Source: Pelagomonas calceolata (taxonomy: Eukaryota). From it: a stretch of DNA of 64,000 nucleotides. The position numbers and the translations under genes were made by a program. This document shows positions 10,048 to 22,322 of this stretch, in pieces. The stretch is taken from assembly GCA_918797485.1 (NCBI GenBank), contig CAKKNE010000001.1:1798001-1862000 (forward strand), given 5' to 3'. The first letter of the stretch is position 1; every line of letters starts with the position of its first letter. The notes under the pieces were generated by a model. It saw only the letters and a program-made list of their open reading frames with translations, made no database searches and was not told the DNA's origin.

Positions 10048-13000
10048 TCACAAACGAGAAGGCGGCGGCGGCGGCGGCTCGTCGGCCAACGTCTGGGCCA
10101 GCTGCGCCCGCGCGGCGGCCTTGACCGCCTTGAGGTCCACGCCCTCCTCCACGTCGATGCGGGGCGAATTCCGCGGAGACCTCTCCTCCTCCTCCTTCGC
10201 AACGACGGTACGGCGGCGGTAGACGACGTAGGCCACGACCGCCAACAAGAGTACGGCGCCGGCGGCCGCCGCACCGCCCAGCGTGGCCGCGTCGACGCCG
10301 CCGCTCGATGCACTGGAGGAGGCATCGTCGCCCGGGAGCGGTACTGCGGTCGGCGCCCTGGTGCGCGTCGCGGCGAAGTCCACGGCGCCGACGGCCGTGG
10401 CGACGACTGCGAGCGTCTCATTATTTGCCGTGACCGCCGTCGCCACTGCTGCGTCGACGTCCGCCACCGTTGTGGATGAAATGGTCGAGGAGACGGCCTC
10501 CGCCTCTGACAGAGACGGCACCGCGACCTCGTAGGCGACCACGACGCCGCCTTCTGGCACTGACGTCGGCGCTGCCGTGGGCGCGTAGTTCGTCGGCTGC
10601 AGCGTCGGCGACGACGTCGTCGGCTTCGCCGTGGGTACGTAGTCGCTCTTGCGGCGCATGGGCGCCCCGGGGCTCCGCCCGGGAAGCAACGCCTCTTCCA
10701 GAAGCCTTCTCGCCGCCGCCGATATCGTCACGGTCACCGCATTTTCATCGACGCCACACAGGATCGCGACCGCGACCACAAACACTGCCTCGGCTTCCAG
10801 AGCTTCTGCCAGGCTCACGCCGGAGAACGAGAGGCCGCCCGTCACGACGTAGGGGATCGGCGACGGCGCGAACGTCGGCGCGGCGGCCGTCGGCCGCGGC
10901 GACGGTCGCAGGGTAGGCCGCAAGGGTGTCGGCGCGGGCGTCGGGCGCGGCGAGGGGCGCAGCGTCGGCGTCCGGGACGGCTGCGGCGTCGGCGCGAAGA
11001 CCGGGCTGGCGGTGGGGTCGCCGGGCGGTACCGTCGGCGAGGGGGATGGCTGCGGCGTCGGCGAGCGCGTGGGCCGGTAGCTCGGGCGAGGTGTCGGCCT
11101 CAGCGACGGCTCGGCTGTGGGCTGCCATGTGGTCGGCAGCGGCGTCGGCGTCGGCGTGGGTCGAGGTGTCGGCCTCAGCGTCGGCCGCGGGCTCGGTTGA
11201 GGCGTGGTCGGCGTAGGTGTAGGGCGCGGCGTCGGCATTGGGGTGGGTCTCGGAGTAGGTCTGGGCGTCGGCTGCGGCGTGGGCTGGTGCGAGACCGTGG
11301 GTGAGGGCGTCGGAGATACGGACGGCGCGGGCGTCGGCCGGGGCGTCGGAGTGACAGAGGGCTCCGGCGTCGGTGTTGGTGTTGGCCGAGGCGTAGGCTC
11401 CGGGGACGGCGACACGGAGGGCTCAGGGGTCGTTGGAGAGTAGGTGGGCCGGTGCGTCGGCGACGGCGACGGCGCCGGCGTCGACGGCGCGGGCGACGGC
11501 TGGGGCGTCGTCGGAGAATAAGTAGGTTCCGGCGAGGGTTCGGGCGTCGGTTCCGGCGTGGCCGGCGTCGGGGCCGGCGTGTCGACGCGGCACGTGGCCA
11601 CGACGTCGGCGTTCGCGCGCCAGCCCGGCGAGCCCTGGTACTCGGTCCACGTCCCCATCAGGTTCACAAGGTCCGCGTTATCATCATAGACGTAGGCCGC
11701 GGCGTAGTCGTCCTGGCAGGGGTCGTTCCCGATGTACCAGTAAGAGTCCATCCACCATAAATATATCCCATTATCCTCGTACATGGCCACGCCCTCGCAC
11801 TCCCCCGCTCTCCCATAAATGCCGTCGGCGGGCTGATACTCAAAACCGTCGACTTCGACGCGATCGCAGCCGACCGCTTGTGGTGTGGGCTGCGGCGTCC
11901 ACGGCGTCGACAGGTCGGCATCGTGGCCGTACAGCTGCAGCGTCCAGCTCACTAATATCCCGTCGTCGTCTCCATCATCATCGTAGTAGTAGAAGGACGT
12001 ATCCTGGCCGAGGTCGTCGTCGTCTCCCGAACCTTCCCGCATGTCGGCGACCCGCAGCGTGAACGCTCCTTGATCGGCGCGCTCGCCCCAATGCCTCAAT
12101 GTTGTGTATTTATGATGAGTGTAGCGCGTGCCTCTTTCCAGTTTGTCGTCCGTCAGTAGTGATACGACACCATCTCTTTCCAATTCAATTCTCAGATCGC
12201 CGCGCCGCGGGTGTTCGATCGTCACATATACACTAACGCTCTCTATCACAAAGTCATGAGAACCAAACTCGACAGAGGTGGACTCGACCCAGTTCCCGCA
12301 ACAGTCTTCTATCACACTATTAGTGGAAGTGGACGTTACAAGGGTGATCTCGCTGCCCCAATTTGACCACGACTTTGCGGTCATGACAGCCTCATACGCA
12401 TCAACTACACCGAAACCGTACTTGTAGCTATGTTTCACACCGGCCTGGTTCGTCTCCCACTCATCTTCGCTGTCCTCATGCGGTCTCGACGCCGTCGCAG
12501 CCAACACCCCTTGCACGTCCCTCCAGCCTAAGTCTGAGTTCGCCTCGAGCATCAGCGCCACAACTCCACTTACAAGGGGAGCGGCATACGACGTCCCCGC
12601 GCCCGAATCGCCGCAGTCGTCCGGGGCGTTCATCGACAGCGGCTTCGCGGCAAAAATGAGGTGATAGTTCTCCCAATCGCCTCCTGGGGCCGAAATAAAC
12701 ACGGGAGCACCGCTCGACGAGTACCTAGCATGTTTCAGGTCTTGACCCACACTACCAACAGAGATCGTGAACCTCGAGTTGAGGTAGCCCTCATAGTTCA
12801 CGTCATCACCCTTGCGAAATTCGTTGCCCGCCGCGAACACGAGGACCATGCCCTTGCCGCCTCTCCCGTTCTTGACGCCGTCTTCTAGGACGTCGTGCGC
12901 TGTTGACGACAGTTGGCCGAAGCCGCACTGCACGAAGTAGTGGTCGAGCTCCAGACACGCGTCAACGTCGTCTTCGAAAAAATAGTAGCAGTAGTCCACG

Positions 13001-13746
13001 ACGGTATTCTCGCAACCTTGGGAGAGATCCCTAGACGACCAGTCGTCGCCATCACAGGCCGCACAGGGGCACCAGTTACTCCCGACGTTCGGACAGTCAA
13101 ATGGGCAGCTCGTACTACTGTCGATGTAGTCACATTGATCAATGCCCCAGGAATTCGACGAAATGTCGTTCTTGTCGTACTTGTACGTTAAGAAACTTAA
13201 ACCGGTGACGGCGTCGTCGCCCATCATCGTGCACGACGCTAGTCCACTGTTGTAGGCGACGCCGACGCCCGCTTCTGAATTGGAGGAGGCTAATGCGAGA
13301 GAAGCGCAGGCCGTGCCGTGGGCGTCATTACCGTGAGGTGCGTATGAACTACAAGAGGCTGATGTATCTAGCTTCGACAAGTCGGGATGATTGTTGTCCA
13401 CACCGTTGTCATTCACCAAGATCTGGACACCACTACCAGTGTAGCCCGCGGCCCAGGCCTCCGGGGCCCGTATGGCCTCCAGGTACCAGGCCGCGGCCTC
13501 GTAGTACGGGTCTGGCAACGGGTCGTCGCGTTCCGGGCACTCGTCGACGTAGTCGTCCGCATCACAGGTGATCGCGGTGTAGCCGCTTAGGTATAAAGAC
13601 GACCCCGTCGGGACGTTGTTCTCCGGCGCGCAGATTAAGTCATAGGGACACCAGACGCAGCCTTCGGGGCACTGCCCGCAGGCCATGTAGTCGTAGCATC
13701 CTGCGTCGGCTGCCCCTATCAATATCAGTGCGACGGCTGCCCTCAT
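10048..13746 (-). CDS. Kexin/furin-like subtilisin (S8) protease with P domain, Pro/Thr-rich stalk and C-terminal transmembrane helix
   Basis: Signal peptide; catalytic D (VNDNGVD), H (HGTACAS), oxyanion N (AAGN) and S (GTSYAAP); LGWRDVQ; P domain [21 protein letters not shown]; long PTP repeats; [20 protein letters not shown] followed by RRR. Confidence 0.9.
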   Translation of the reverse strand: MRAAVALILIGAADAGCYDYMACGQCPEGCVWCPYDLICAPENNVPTGSSLYLSGYTAITCDADDYVDECPERDDPLPDPYYEAAAWYLEAIRAPEAWAAGYTGSGVQILVNDNGVDNNHPDLSKLDTSASCSSYAPHGNDAHGTACASLALASSNSEAGVGVAYNSGLASCTMMGDDAVTGLSFLTYKYDKNDISSNSWGIDQCDYIDSSTSCPFDCPNVGSNWCPCAACDGDDWSSRDLSQGCENTVVDYCYYFFEDDVDACLELDHYFVQCGFGQLSSTAHDVLEDGVKNGRGGKGMVLVFAAGNEFRKGDDVNYEGYLNSRFTISVGSVGQDLKHARYSSSGAPVFISAPGGDWENYHLIFAAKPLSMNAPDDCGDSGAGTSYAAPLVSGVVALMLEANSDLGWRDVQGVLAATASRPHEDSEDEWETNQAGVKHSYKYGFGVVDAYEAVMTAKSWSNWGSEITLVTSTSTNSVIEDCCGNWVESTSVEFGSHDFVIESVSVYVTIEHPRRGDLRIELERDGVVSLLTDDKLERGTRYTHHKYTTLRHWGERADQGAFTLRVADMREGSGDDDDLGQDTSFYYYDDDGDDDGILVSWTLQLYGHDADLSTPWTPQPTPQAVGCDRVEVDGFEYQPADGIYGRAGECEGVAMYEDNGIYLWWMDSYWYIGNDPCQDDYAAAYVYDDNADLVNLMGTWTEYQGSPGWRANADVVATCRVDTPAPTPATPEPTPEPSPEPTYSPTTPQPSPAPSTPAPSPSPTHRPTYSPTTPEPSVSPSPEPTPRPTPTPTPEPSVTPTPRPTPAPSVSPTPSPTVSHQPTPQPTPRPTPRPTPMPTPRPTPTPTTPQPSPRPTLRPTPRPTPTPTPLPTTWQPTAEPSLRPTPRPSYRPTRSPTPQPSPSPTVPPGDPTASPVFAPTPQPSRTPTLRPSPRPTPAPTPLRPTLRPSPRPTAAAPTFAPSPIPYVVTGGLSFSGVSLAEALEAEAVFVVAVAILCGVDENAVTVTISAAARRLLEEALLPGRSPGAPMRRKSDYVPTAKPTTSSPTLQPTNYAPTAAPTSVPEGGVVVAYEVAVPSLSEAEAVSSTISSTTVADVDAAVATAVTANNETLAVVATAVGAVDFAATRTRAPTAVPLPGDDASSSASSGGVDAATLGGAAAAGAVLLLAVVAYVVYRRRTVVAKEEEERSPRNSPRIDVEEGVDLKAVKAAARAQLAQTLADEPPPPPPSRL
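10860..11580 (-). repeat. Coding tandem repeats (PTPxPT/PSP mucin-like stalk)
   Basis: Degenerate GGCGTCGG-type repeats on the + strand encode the Pro/Thr stalk of the protease. Confidence 0.85.
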
Positions 13747-14211
13747 TGCTGTGCACAGCGGTCAGCACGTCAGAATAGCATGTTCATGCTCCTCGTTCCT
13801 AGGACCACAAGCGCTTGCGCGTGCGTTTGCGTTGCGTTTGCGGCACCAACAAAGACTGTGTGCTGGACAAAGTCCCAGCATCCAGCCCGAACACGACGGC
13901 ACGCTGCGCGGGGACCGAAAGCAGAGGCCTCAGAGGACGACGCACGAGCTCTGGGGGGCGGCTTAACGACGTCAGCACCAAGCTCCCAAACCCGCACTAA
14001 TTCAAAGCTGTGAGATCGAGCCGTATTTTTTGACGCTAGCTCCCCGCATCCGGCGATATCGATCGCCGCGCGCTGCTCAGAAGACACCAGCCAGTCGGCG
14101 CTGCGCTGCAGCCAGCCGCCGCGACCCGACGCCCCGCGCCGGCCGAGAAAAGCTGCCGCGGCGCCAAGCTCTCTGAGCGCACAAACGCCGCCGCCGCGCC
14201 CTCCATAGACC

Positions 14212-17200
14212 ATGAGCGGCCGCAAGTCCTCGACAGGATCGATGAAGCAGACGACGCTCGCGAGCTTCTTCAAGAAGCCCTCCACGAAAGCGCCCGAAGA
14301 ACCCGCAAAACAAAAGGGCCCCGGCGCGGAAGTTGTGGGACGACGCCTCAAGGTCTGGTGGCCCGCCGACGAGGCCTGGTATTCGGGGGGCGTCGCCTCC
14401 TACGACGGCGAGCGCCACGCGATCCAGTACGACGACGGCGACGAGGAGGCCGTCGATTTGTCGAAAGAAAAATTCGAGTTCCTCGAAGGGACACATTCAC
14501 CGAAGGAAGTGAAGCGAGAGACGAAGCGCCCGGCGCCGTCGGCGGGCCTGACGGCCGAACAACGCGCTGATAGAGAGCGCAAGCGCCGGAAGGCGTCCAG
14601 TGATGATGACGACGACTTCGTCGTTGATGATGATGCTTCTATTTCCGAGGAGGAGGAAGAAGAGGACGAGGTCTTCGACGAGAGCGACGATGAGGACAAA
14701 CCGAAGCCGAAGAAACGGCGCGTCATCGCCGATGATAGTGACGAGGAGATGCCTGCGGCCAAATCATCGCCGTCCTCCGTCCCCGTGTCCTCGGACAAAA
14801 AAGAAACGCGGCCGGGCACGCCGACGCCCTTCGACGCCCGGGGCTTCCACGATAGATATCGCAAGCGATCGGCACCGGTCTCCGCCGACAAGCGCGAGTC
14901 GTACGATCTCGTGGAGTTAACTGATCAGAAAGTAGACTCTCATGACAGCGAGAAGAAGTCCGTCTTGCCGGCGGGCTGCCACACGCACGACGTCGATCCG
15001 AAATATGCCTTTCTGACGACTGCGCGGCGAGACGCGGACGGCCGGACGCCCGACGACCCTTCGTTTAATGCCCGCACGCTAAAGGTGGACTGGCACAAGG
15101 AACCCATCGCAAAATTGACGGGCACGCAGCAGACCTGGTGGCAGGTCAAGGAGACGCACGCGGACTGCGTGCTCTTTTATAAAATAGGGAAATTCTACGA
15201 GCTCTACCATACCGATGCTGATGTGGGAGTGGCCGAGGCGGGATTGGTCTACATGAAGGGCGACCAGGCGCACGCCGGGTTTCCGGAGTTGGCCTATGGG
15301 AAATACGTGCGTGACCCGGTGTGATTTAAGACCACGTCGCCTCGACGCCGTCGACGCGAGACGGTGTCGGTCAACACAGGTCGAAGCCTTGGTCTCCAAG
15401 GGCTTCAAAGTCTGCCGCGTCGAGCAGACGGAGACCCCCGATCAAGTTAAAAAACGTATTGCGGGAAGAAGAGGCCTGTCCAAAATAGAAAAGGGCATGC
15501 GCCGGGAAGTCTGTTCGCTGACGACGCCCGGCACTCGATTGTACACGGTCCTGGACATGCGGCTGGAGAAGGAGGGCGGCGGCTTCGAGCCCGTGAGCGG
15601 TCCTACCCACTTAGCTGCGGTGTGTGAGAAGGGTTCTACCGTTGGAGTGTGTGTGTGCGATAGTCCGACTGGAACCTTCACGCTGGCTCAATTCGAGGAC
15701 GACGTGCAGCGCACTAGATTGCGGACATTACTAGCAGCTTTACCGCCCGCCGAGGTGCTGGTACCCAGAGGGTCTCGCGATTTAGCTGAGATTTGTGAGC
15801 GCGCGACGGGCGCATCCGTCGAACTGCTCACACCTCAATCAGAGTTCTTAGATGCGGATTCCTGCATCGAGTATCTCTCAATCTGCGGCGCCTTCCCGAA
15901 AGCCTCGAAGCAGGGCAATGACAACGATGTCAGTGCGAGGTGGCCTCCTGTACTGCGCACAGCAGTTCGTGGCCGAGCGGACTCCGCTTTGTCGTCATTG
16001 GGCGCCGTGGCCTGGTGGCTGCGACGGGCCTTGGTGGACGTGGAGTTACTCAGCATGCGCCGCGTCGACGCGTACGTGCCTCCTGATCTCGGGGAAGCGC
16101 CTGAATCAACTACTGCATTCGTGCCGCACGATGAGGCCCAGCTACTCGAAGCAGCCCTCGCCATCTCCAGTACAGATGACGACGACGACTGGCGCGCAGC
16201 ACTGAGGAGGAAGGCGCCGCGCATGGCCTTGGATGCTACCACACTTAAAAACCTCGAGGTGCTGAGGTCGAGCGCGCCGGACGGCTGGAGTGGGAGTCTG
16301 TGGCACCTGACGCACCACTGTCGCACGGCCTTTGGCGGTCGCTTGCTCAGGGACTGGCTCTCTCGTCCCCTGTTAGATAAGAGAGATATTGATGCGAGGG
16401 CCGACGCGGTCCAGGAGCTCGTGGAGTCGCCTGATCTCTATGAAGGGTTGGCGAAGGCGCTGAAGCAGAAGGGCATCGGCGATCTGGAACGAGCCCTCCA
16501 GCAATTGCACACTTTAGGGGCTGATAGACGTGCGCCGTCCTCTGATGGCCAGCAGCATCCGGACGCGCGCGCGATCCTCTTCGACAAGCTCAAGTTCGAC
16601 GCGCGGCGCGTCAAGCAGCTGTGTAGTGCCATCGCTGGATTAGAGCGATGTGCTACCATCATGTCTTCCTTGACAACGAAGGAGCCTTCTTCTCAGCTAC
16701 TGAAGCGCCTCGCGCCGGGATCTCCACAAAAGAGTGGTGGCGGCTGCTTCCCGTCACTAGAGGATAAACTGAGACTCTTCCGCCAGTTCAACCTCGACCA
16801 CGCGGCGAAGGAGGGTACTCTCAAGTCTTCTAGAGGTGCCGACCCGGCCGCCGACGCCGCCGAAGACCTCGTCAAAGCTCGTGAGAAAGATTTAGATGAC
16901 TGGCTCAAAGAAGCACAGCGTGAACATGGCTGCAGTCTGAAATGGAAGCATTCCGCCAAAGACAGGTACTGCGTCGAGGCGGCGGACGTCCTCTTCGGGC
17001 GCGGCGGGAAATTGGAGAGACTCCCGGCGGGCTGGCAGCAGCGGTCCAAGACGAAGAAAGCTAGATCCTTTGCGGTGCCTGCCCTCAAGTCACTCATACA
17101 AGCGTTAGAAGATGCGGAAAGTTCCGAGAAAGATTTGAAGGCGGACCAGATGCGCCGTTTGTATCAGCGTAGAAATGATGGCGTCGTCATGAGACCGCGT

Positions 17201-18080
17201 CGCCGCGACGCCGTCTTCATGATCATCAGAGAGTCTGACGGCGTCGGTCCGCGCAGGCCTCTTCAAGCAGTTCGACGAGTCGCGGGATCGCTGGGCCTGT
17301 GCCGTGAAGTGCGTGGCGACGCTGGACGCGTTGCTATCGTTGGCGAAAGCCTCCAGGGAGCCGGGGTACTGTCGGGCGGAGTTGCTCGAGGGTGATGGCA
17401 GTACCCTGAAAATTGAGGAGGGGTCGCACCCTTGCTTGGCGGGTGATGTGGTCCCCAATGATTTGACAATTGGAGGTACAAAGCCTCACTTACTACTGCT
17501 GAGCGGGCCGAACATGGGCGGCAAGTCGACGCTGTTAAGGCAGGCGTGCGTCGCGGCGATATTAGCGCAGGTCGGCTGCTTTGTGAAAGCGAAGTCTTGT
17601 ACCTTGCATCCCGTGGATCGGGTCTTTACGCGCTTAGGCGCGTCCGATAAAATCCTGGAGGGCCAGAGTACGTTCATGGTCGAATTACTAGAAACGGCCT
17701 CGATCCTGAAAAACGCGACGGAGAAATCCTTGGTCATCTTGGATGAATTAGGAAGAGGCACGGCGACGTTCGACGGGGCGGCCATCGCTCACTCAGTAGT
17801 GGACCACCTCGTGAAGCAGGCGAAGTGCCGAGCTTTATTTGCGACGCATTACCACGACCTCGTGCGGTCCTGGTCCTCGCACGACAGCGTGCAGCTGGGC
17901 CACATGGATTGTCTGGTTAGAGATGGGGGAGAAAACGTCGTCTTCCTCTACAAGCTCGCCGAGGGCTGCTCGCCCAAGAGCTTCGGCATCAACGTCGCGC
18001 GGCTCGCGCGGCTGCCGAAACGCGTTCTGGAAAGAGCGGCGGAGAAGTCCGCCGAGTTCGAGGACGCGCTGATGGCCTAA
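14212..18080 (+). CDS. MSH6: DNA mismatch repair protein MSH6 (3 exons; introns 15307-15379 and 17157-17256)
   Basis: PIP box QTTLASFF, Tudor-like domain (VWWPADEAWYSG), FYKIGKFYELY, HAGFPE, Walker A GPNMGGKSTL, DELGRGT, FATHYH, KSFGINVARLA. The two GT-AG introns restore YGKY|VEALVSKG and QMR|RLFKQF. Confidence 0.95.
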
Positions 18081-18084
18081 GTTC

Positions 18085-18563
18085 CTACATCCTACGATGG
18101 GGTAGATGGGGCGCGTCTGGGTACCAAACGCTGATTGCCCGTGGCGGCGTCGTAGAGCGCGATCTTGTAGTTGTGGCCGACCAAGGCAAGGAGAGACCCG
18201 TCGGGGGAGAACTCAGTCTTGCGGATTGCGACGCCGAGGTCGAAGAGGTCCAGGTCGCGCTGGACAAGCTGCCCCTCATTCGTGGTGTAGCAAAGTGCTA
18301 CCCGCTCGTAGATCGCTCTTTGCGGAATCTCGTCGAGTGTGCCTTTCGTAGGAAGGGAGCCGGCGTTTCCACTAGCGTGCGCTTGGCAACCAGGCGGCGC
18401 GTGCCAGGGTCACGATTAACAGCGGCGGGCCGCGCCGCACGTCCTCCCAGCCCTTGGCGACGCACGCGGCCCGCGCCTCGCTCGCGTGGTCGTCGAAGGC
18501 GAAGACTCGCGCGACGAGGTACTTGTTGAGCACGACGCCGCCTCTTGAACGGATAAGCGCCAT
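18085..18563 (-). pseudogene. Possible decayed F-box/WD40 gene fragment
   Basis: An F-box-like piece (VLNKYLVARVFAF..AACVAKGW) ends at stop 18372. A WD40-like piece (KTEFSPDGSLLALVGHNYKIALYDAATG) follows in another frame and stops early. Confidence 0.35.
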
Positions 18564-18711
18564 CCAGTGCTTTCAATTTTCCAAATTATTGAGCCACACA
18601 GCGCAACTGCCGAGAGCTCGCGACGTTCTCGCGCGCTCAGTGTGCAACAAGCTTGTCGCCGCCAAGCCTCTCGTCGACAATACGCGCGTACGCGACGCTG
18701 CCAAAAAGTAG

Positions 18712-18739
18712 GCTAGCGGCATGTAAGACACTAGCCAAG
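18712..18739. promoter_or_regulatory. Recurrent upstream element (reverse orientation)
   Basis: GCTAGCGGCATGTAAGACACTAGCCAAG, ~195 bp upstream of ATG 18933. Confidence 0.6.
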
Positions 18740-18932
18740 TGGCACTTTTGCCACAGGAACAGCTTGTAGCGCTGCACTTAGCAAGCGCTGAAGCTGTCCG
18801 AGCCATAAAAACCTATTTTGCGCGGACACACCACACTGCTGCTACATAACTAGCCGATCGGGACAGCCACAACCCCGTGCTCTCACAGCCAGGTACACGG
18901 CCCACAGAGAGCGCTGCGCTGAAGGGGTAACC

Positions 18933-19514
18933 ATGCGCCTCCACGCCGCCGCGGCGCTGGCCCTCGCAGCAACCTGCGCCGACGCCGCGGGCATCACCGA
19001 GGTCACGACGCGCACCTTCGAGGCGGAAACGAGCAAGGGCGACCCTTTGCTCCTCGTCTTTTATGCACCGTGGTGCGGCCACTGCCGACGACTGGAGCCG
19101 ACGCTCCACCAGCTCGCCGCGAGTGCTGGAGACGCCTACTCGATCGCGAAGGTCGACGGCACGGCCCATCGCGTGCTGACGCAGCGGTTTGGAGTGCGAG
19201 GCTTTCCCTCCTTATTTTACGTGCGGAGCAAGCAGCAGGTGTTGCTGTACGAGGGTAGTCGCGGTTTTGCTGAATTAGATGAATGGCTCAGGAGAGGCTA
19301 CACGCAGTCGCCGCGGCTCTCTTTACTGAAATCGCCCTTCGGCCCGATAGGCCGCGCGAAGGGCTGGTGTTCTGCTGCTGGGTTGGCAGCTTTAGACGTC
19401 TATGAAGCGTTATCGGAGAAGATCGGGAGCTGGGCGGCAGCCGCGGCGGTCGTCGTGCTCGGGCTGGTCTTGATGGTCCTCGTATTCGTTGGGCCGCTGC
19501 TGTACCTCGCATAG
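18933..19514 (+). CDS. Transmembrane thioredoxin/PDI-family protein (TMX-like)
   Basis: Signal peptide, FYAPWCGHC active site, FGVRGFPSL, C-terminal hydrophobic helix. Confidence 0.9.
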   Translation: MRLHAAAALALAATCADAAGITEVTTRTFEAETSKGDPLLLVFYAPWCGHCRRLEPTLHQLAASAGDAYSIAKVDGTAHRVLTQRFGVRGFPSLFYVRSKQQVLLYEGSRGFAELDEWLRRGYTQSPRLSLLKSPFGPIGRAKGWCSAAGLAALDVYEALSEKIGSWAAAAAVVVLGLVLMVLVFVGPLLYLA

Positions 19515-19754
19515 CTGTGCCGCGGCGGCGGGGGCGGCTAGTGTTATAATTCAAGTGAGATCTATGGCCTGGGGTCGATTCCGATGAGCGAAAAAACCCG
19601 TCAAATAATCGGGTCTGCGCCTCGCTACGTCGTACGCGCGGTCTCATTAGGACACCGTATGTTGTCGTTTGTTTGCTTCAGATACGCGCGTGAACTGTCA
19701 AGCCTCTTTTGAAATCTCTGCGCGGATCATTGAGAGTAAAGTGGACATAACACC

Positions 19755-20731
19755 ATGCGCGGCGCGGCACTCGCGGTGGCGATTTGCGCGACCTGCGCGG
19801 CCCAGTGGAGGGGGCGCAGCGTAAAAAACACGCGGTCCAGCGAAGACGACCCGCTCGCTGCGAAATTCTCATGGATTCCAAGCAACGACGCCTTCGCCCT
19901 GAATAAAATCGCTCAGGCGTCCCAGAATAAGGAAGGCGTGGAATACCTCATTGATAAGGAGGGCTACCGACCGCTTCACCTGGCCGCCCAGCAAGGGTTC
20001 GTCGAAGTGGTCCCAGAGCTCTTGCGGCTGGGCGCGGACGCGAATGCACGTCTTTCAGACCTCGCGCCCCAGGGCCGGATGACGGTTCTTCACGTCGCGG
20101 CCTTTTACGGCCGCGTGGAGATCGTTCGGCAGTTGATTCGGGACGGAGGCGCCGACATCGACGCGGGCGCGACAATTGGAAGTTCTCATCATACAGCACT
20201 CTGTGTCGCTTTGGACCGCGGCCATGTCCGCACGACAAAGGCCTTACTAGCTTTAGGAGCGAGCGTCGACGTTACTTGTAAGCATGAGATGCCAAACGGC
20301 AGCAAGAGGTCATCACCTCTCCTCGTGGCGGCTGATATATGACGTGTTTGACCATCCTAGGAGCCGCGCACGCCGCCGCGAAGTCGAAGAAGCTCGAGAC
20401 GGACGAGGTCCTGGATAACGTCGCGCGGCACCAGTCCGTTCTCGAGGAAGAGTTGCGGGAACATCGCGCGGAGATCGCGCGCCTACGAATTAGGGAGCTG
20501 CCGGAAGATCTCTGTTGCAGCATCACGTGTGAAATTATGAAGGACCCGGTCATGTGCGTCGGCGACGGCCATACCTATGAGCGTGTGGCGATCGAACAGT
20601 GGCTCGCGACGGGCCGAGGGACATCGCCCGCGACGAACGAGCGGCTCGAGAACACGTCTCTCGTGACGAATCACATGGCGAAGAAGCTGATCGCCGCATT
20701 GCTCGAGGAGCACCGCCGCCGCGCGAAGTAA
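19755..20731 (+). CDS. Ankyrin-repeat plus U-box protein interrupted by a frameshift at ~20339 (pseudogene, unrecognised intron or assembly error)
   Basis: Ankyrin repeats (GYRPLHLAAQQG, MTVLHVAAFYG, HTALCVALDRGH) in 19755-20342. U-box LPEDLCCSITCEIMKDPV..DGHTYERVAIEQWL..TSPATNE in 20339-20731. Confidence 0.7.
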
Positions 20732-20942
20732 AAGGACAGTGGATGACTCGAAGTATATACAGCCTAGTGTGTCGCTATACGCTAGGTGCGTGCTCTGGCA
20801 ACCTTGAGCAGCTGCACAGCGCTCATAGAGCATCCCTGTTTCCGCAGTTCACACGTTAGAACCCTAAAATTAACCCTCGAGGCTGTGAGAGCGCAGAATT
20901 TGCTACACCTAGCCCGCCTGGGCTGTAGGCAGGACCTCAACA

Positions 20943-21545
20943 ATGAGAGTGGCACCGAGGACGCTCTGCGCGGTGGCGTCCCTATCGCTCGCAGCAGCCC
21001 TCCAGGCGCCAGTCACGACGCCGCAGCGATGCGCGACGGCGCTACGCGCGCACGCCGACCGTCGAGCCCTGCTCCGAGGCCTCGGCGCCGCGTCGATCAC
21101 CGTGGCAACGCCGGCCCTCGCGCGGACCGGGTCGCTCATGGACTCGAAGAAGAAGAACTACGGTTATATGGATGAGCCGGCCCAGGCTTATCTATCGGAA
21201 CCGACCGCAGAATTCAAAGAGGCCGAAAAACTAAGAGCGGCGTACCGCGAGAAGACGAAGGAGATTCGGAAGATCTGGGACCCCGAATTCGCGAAGTTCC
21301 AGGACGCCAAGACGGACGCCGACCGGATCACGGCGCTCAAGCGTTTAGAGTACTTGATCCTCGGGAATCAAGGGTTACCGCCTGGTTTGCGACTCACAGA
21401 TTTCATCACCCTCTGTAGAAGAGTCAAGGCCAAGGCGACCCAAACGGGCGGCTGGAAGACGGACACGGAGATCGCGTACATGGACATGATCCGGAGCATC
21501 AAGAAGGCCGAGAACCCGAACTACAAGGAGGAGAACTACCTCTGA
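20943..21545 (+). CDS. Probable thylakoid-lumen protein (signal peptide, transit peptide, twin-arginine transfer peptide)
   Basis: MRVAPRTLCAVASLSLAAALQAP..., then DRRALLRGLGAASITVATPALA (RR, hydrophobic stretch, AxA). Confidence 0.7.
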   Translation: MRVAPRTLCAVASLSLAAALQAPVTTPQRCATALRAHADRRALLRGLGAASITVATPALARTGSLMDSKKKNYGYMDEPAQAYLSEPTAEFKEAEKLRAAYREKTKEIRKIWDPEFAKFQDAKTDADRITALKRLEYLILGNQGLPPGLRLTDFITLCRRVKAKATQTGGWKTDTEIAYMDMIRSIKKAENPNYKEENYL

Positions 21546-21567
21546 ATCTTAGGCTTTTATAACATTA

Positions 21568-22062
21568 CTAGCGGCTCTCCTTCATCCCTTTCAACTTCCC
21601 CTTGAGCTTGCGCTCGGTCGCGGCGCGCGCCTTCGCCGCTTGCAGCTGGCGCATGACCTCGTCGTCGCCACCTCTCGATTGCAAGACACCCGTCACGAGC
21701 TGCAGGGCCTGCATCGCGGCCTTGACCTTGTCTTCTGGTGATGCGTTCGGGTCGACCTCGGCCATGTTCTTTTTGGCGGCGGCGACCATGGCCGCGATCT
21801 GTTCAGGTGATAGCTGCGGCGTTTGTGCGGGCGCCGCGTTCGCGGTAGCGGCGGCGTCCGGCGCTGTCCCGGGCGCTGTCCCCGGCGCCGTCCCCGGCGG
21901 TGCTGGCTCCGGCGCCGCGGCGGCGTCTGCTGCCCGTTTGCGCTCGGCCGCGCGGCGCCGCTGCTCGCGCTTCTTCTGCGACTTGCTCGGCGGTGTCGTG
22001 CTGACACGCGCGGGCTCCGCGGGATCGACTGTCATGGATGGTGCGTCTACGAGCGATGCCAT
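21568..22062 (-). CDS. Hypothetical protein (basic/helical, Ala-Pro linker)
   Basis: ATG at 22062, coding-like codon use, 12-bp GTAP repeats; the recurrent upstream element lies ~190 bp before the ATG. Confidence 0.6.
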   Translation of the reverse strand: MASLVDAPSMTVDPAEPARVSTTPPSKSQKKREQRRRAAERKRAADAAAAPEPAPPGTAPGTAPGTAPDAAATANAAPAQTPQLSPEQIAAMVAAAKKNMAEVDPNASPEDKVKAAMQALQLVTGVLQSRGGDDEVMRQLQAAKARAATERKLKGKLKGMKESR

Positions 22063-22253
22063 CGCGAGAGGTGGGGCAAAAATCCGCGGCGCCTTCAAAG
22101 AGCTCCTGCAGAGAGGCGCCTTGTTGCGAGCTGTACAGAGCACAGCGATCTGCGTACGAGGACACGTGGTCCAAATGCAGCAAATGTGTGCGTGCGAGGC
22201 ACGACGGATTGCCCGTGAACGAGCTGCTCGGCTTGGGATGTCGACGATTTTTG

Positions 22254-22279
22254 GCTTGCTAGTGTCTTACACCACTAGG
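22254..22279. promoter_or_regulatory. Recurrent upstream element
   Basis: GCTTGCTAGTGTCTTACACCACTAGG, ~190 bp upstream of ATG 22062. Confidence 0.6.
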
Positions 22280-22322
22280 TCATTCTCCCCAAAACCTCGC
22301 CGACACCAGAGAATAGACTTAA

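Noticed and set aside
10860..11580. Regular short repeats that could be mistaken for a CRISPR array or satellite
   Set aside because: No constant repeat with unique spacers; they encode the Pro/Thr stalk. The DNA is eukaryotic and no cas genes are present.
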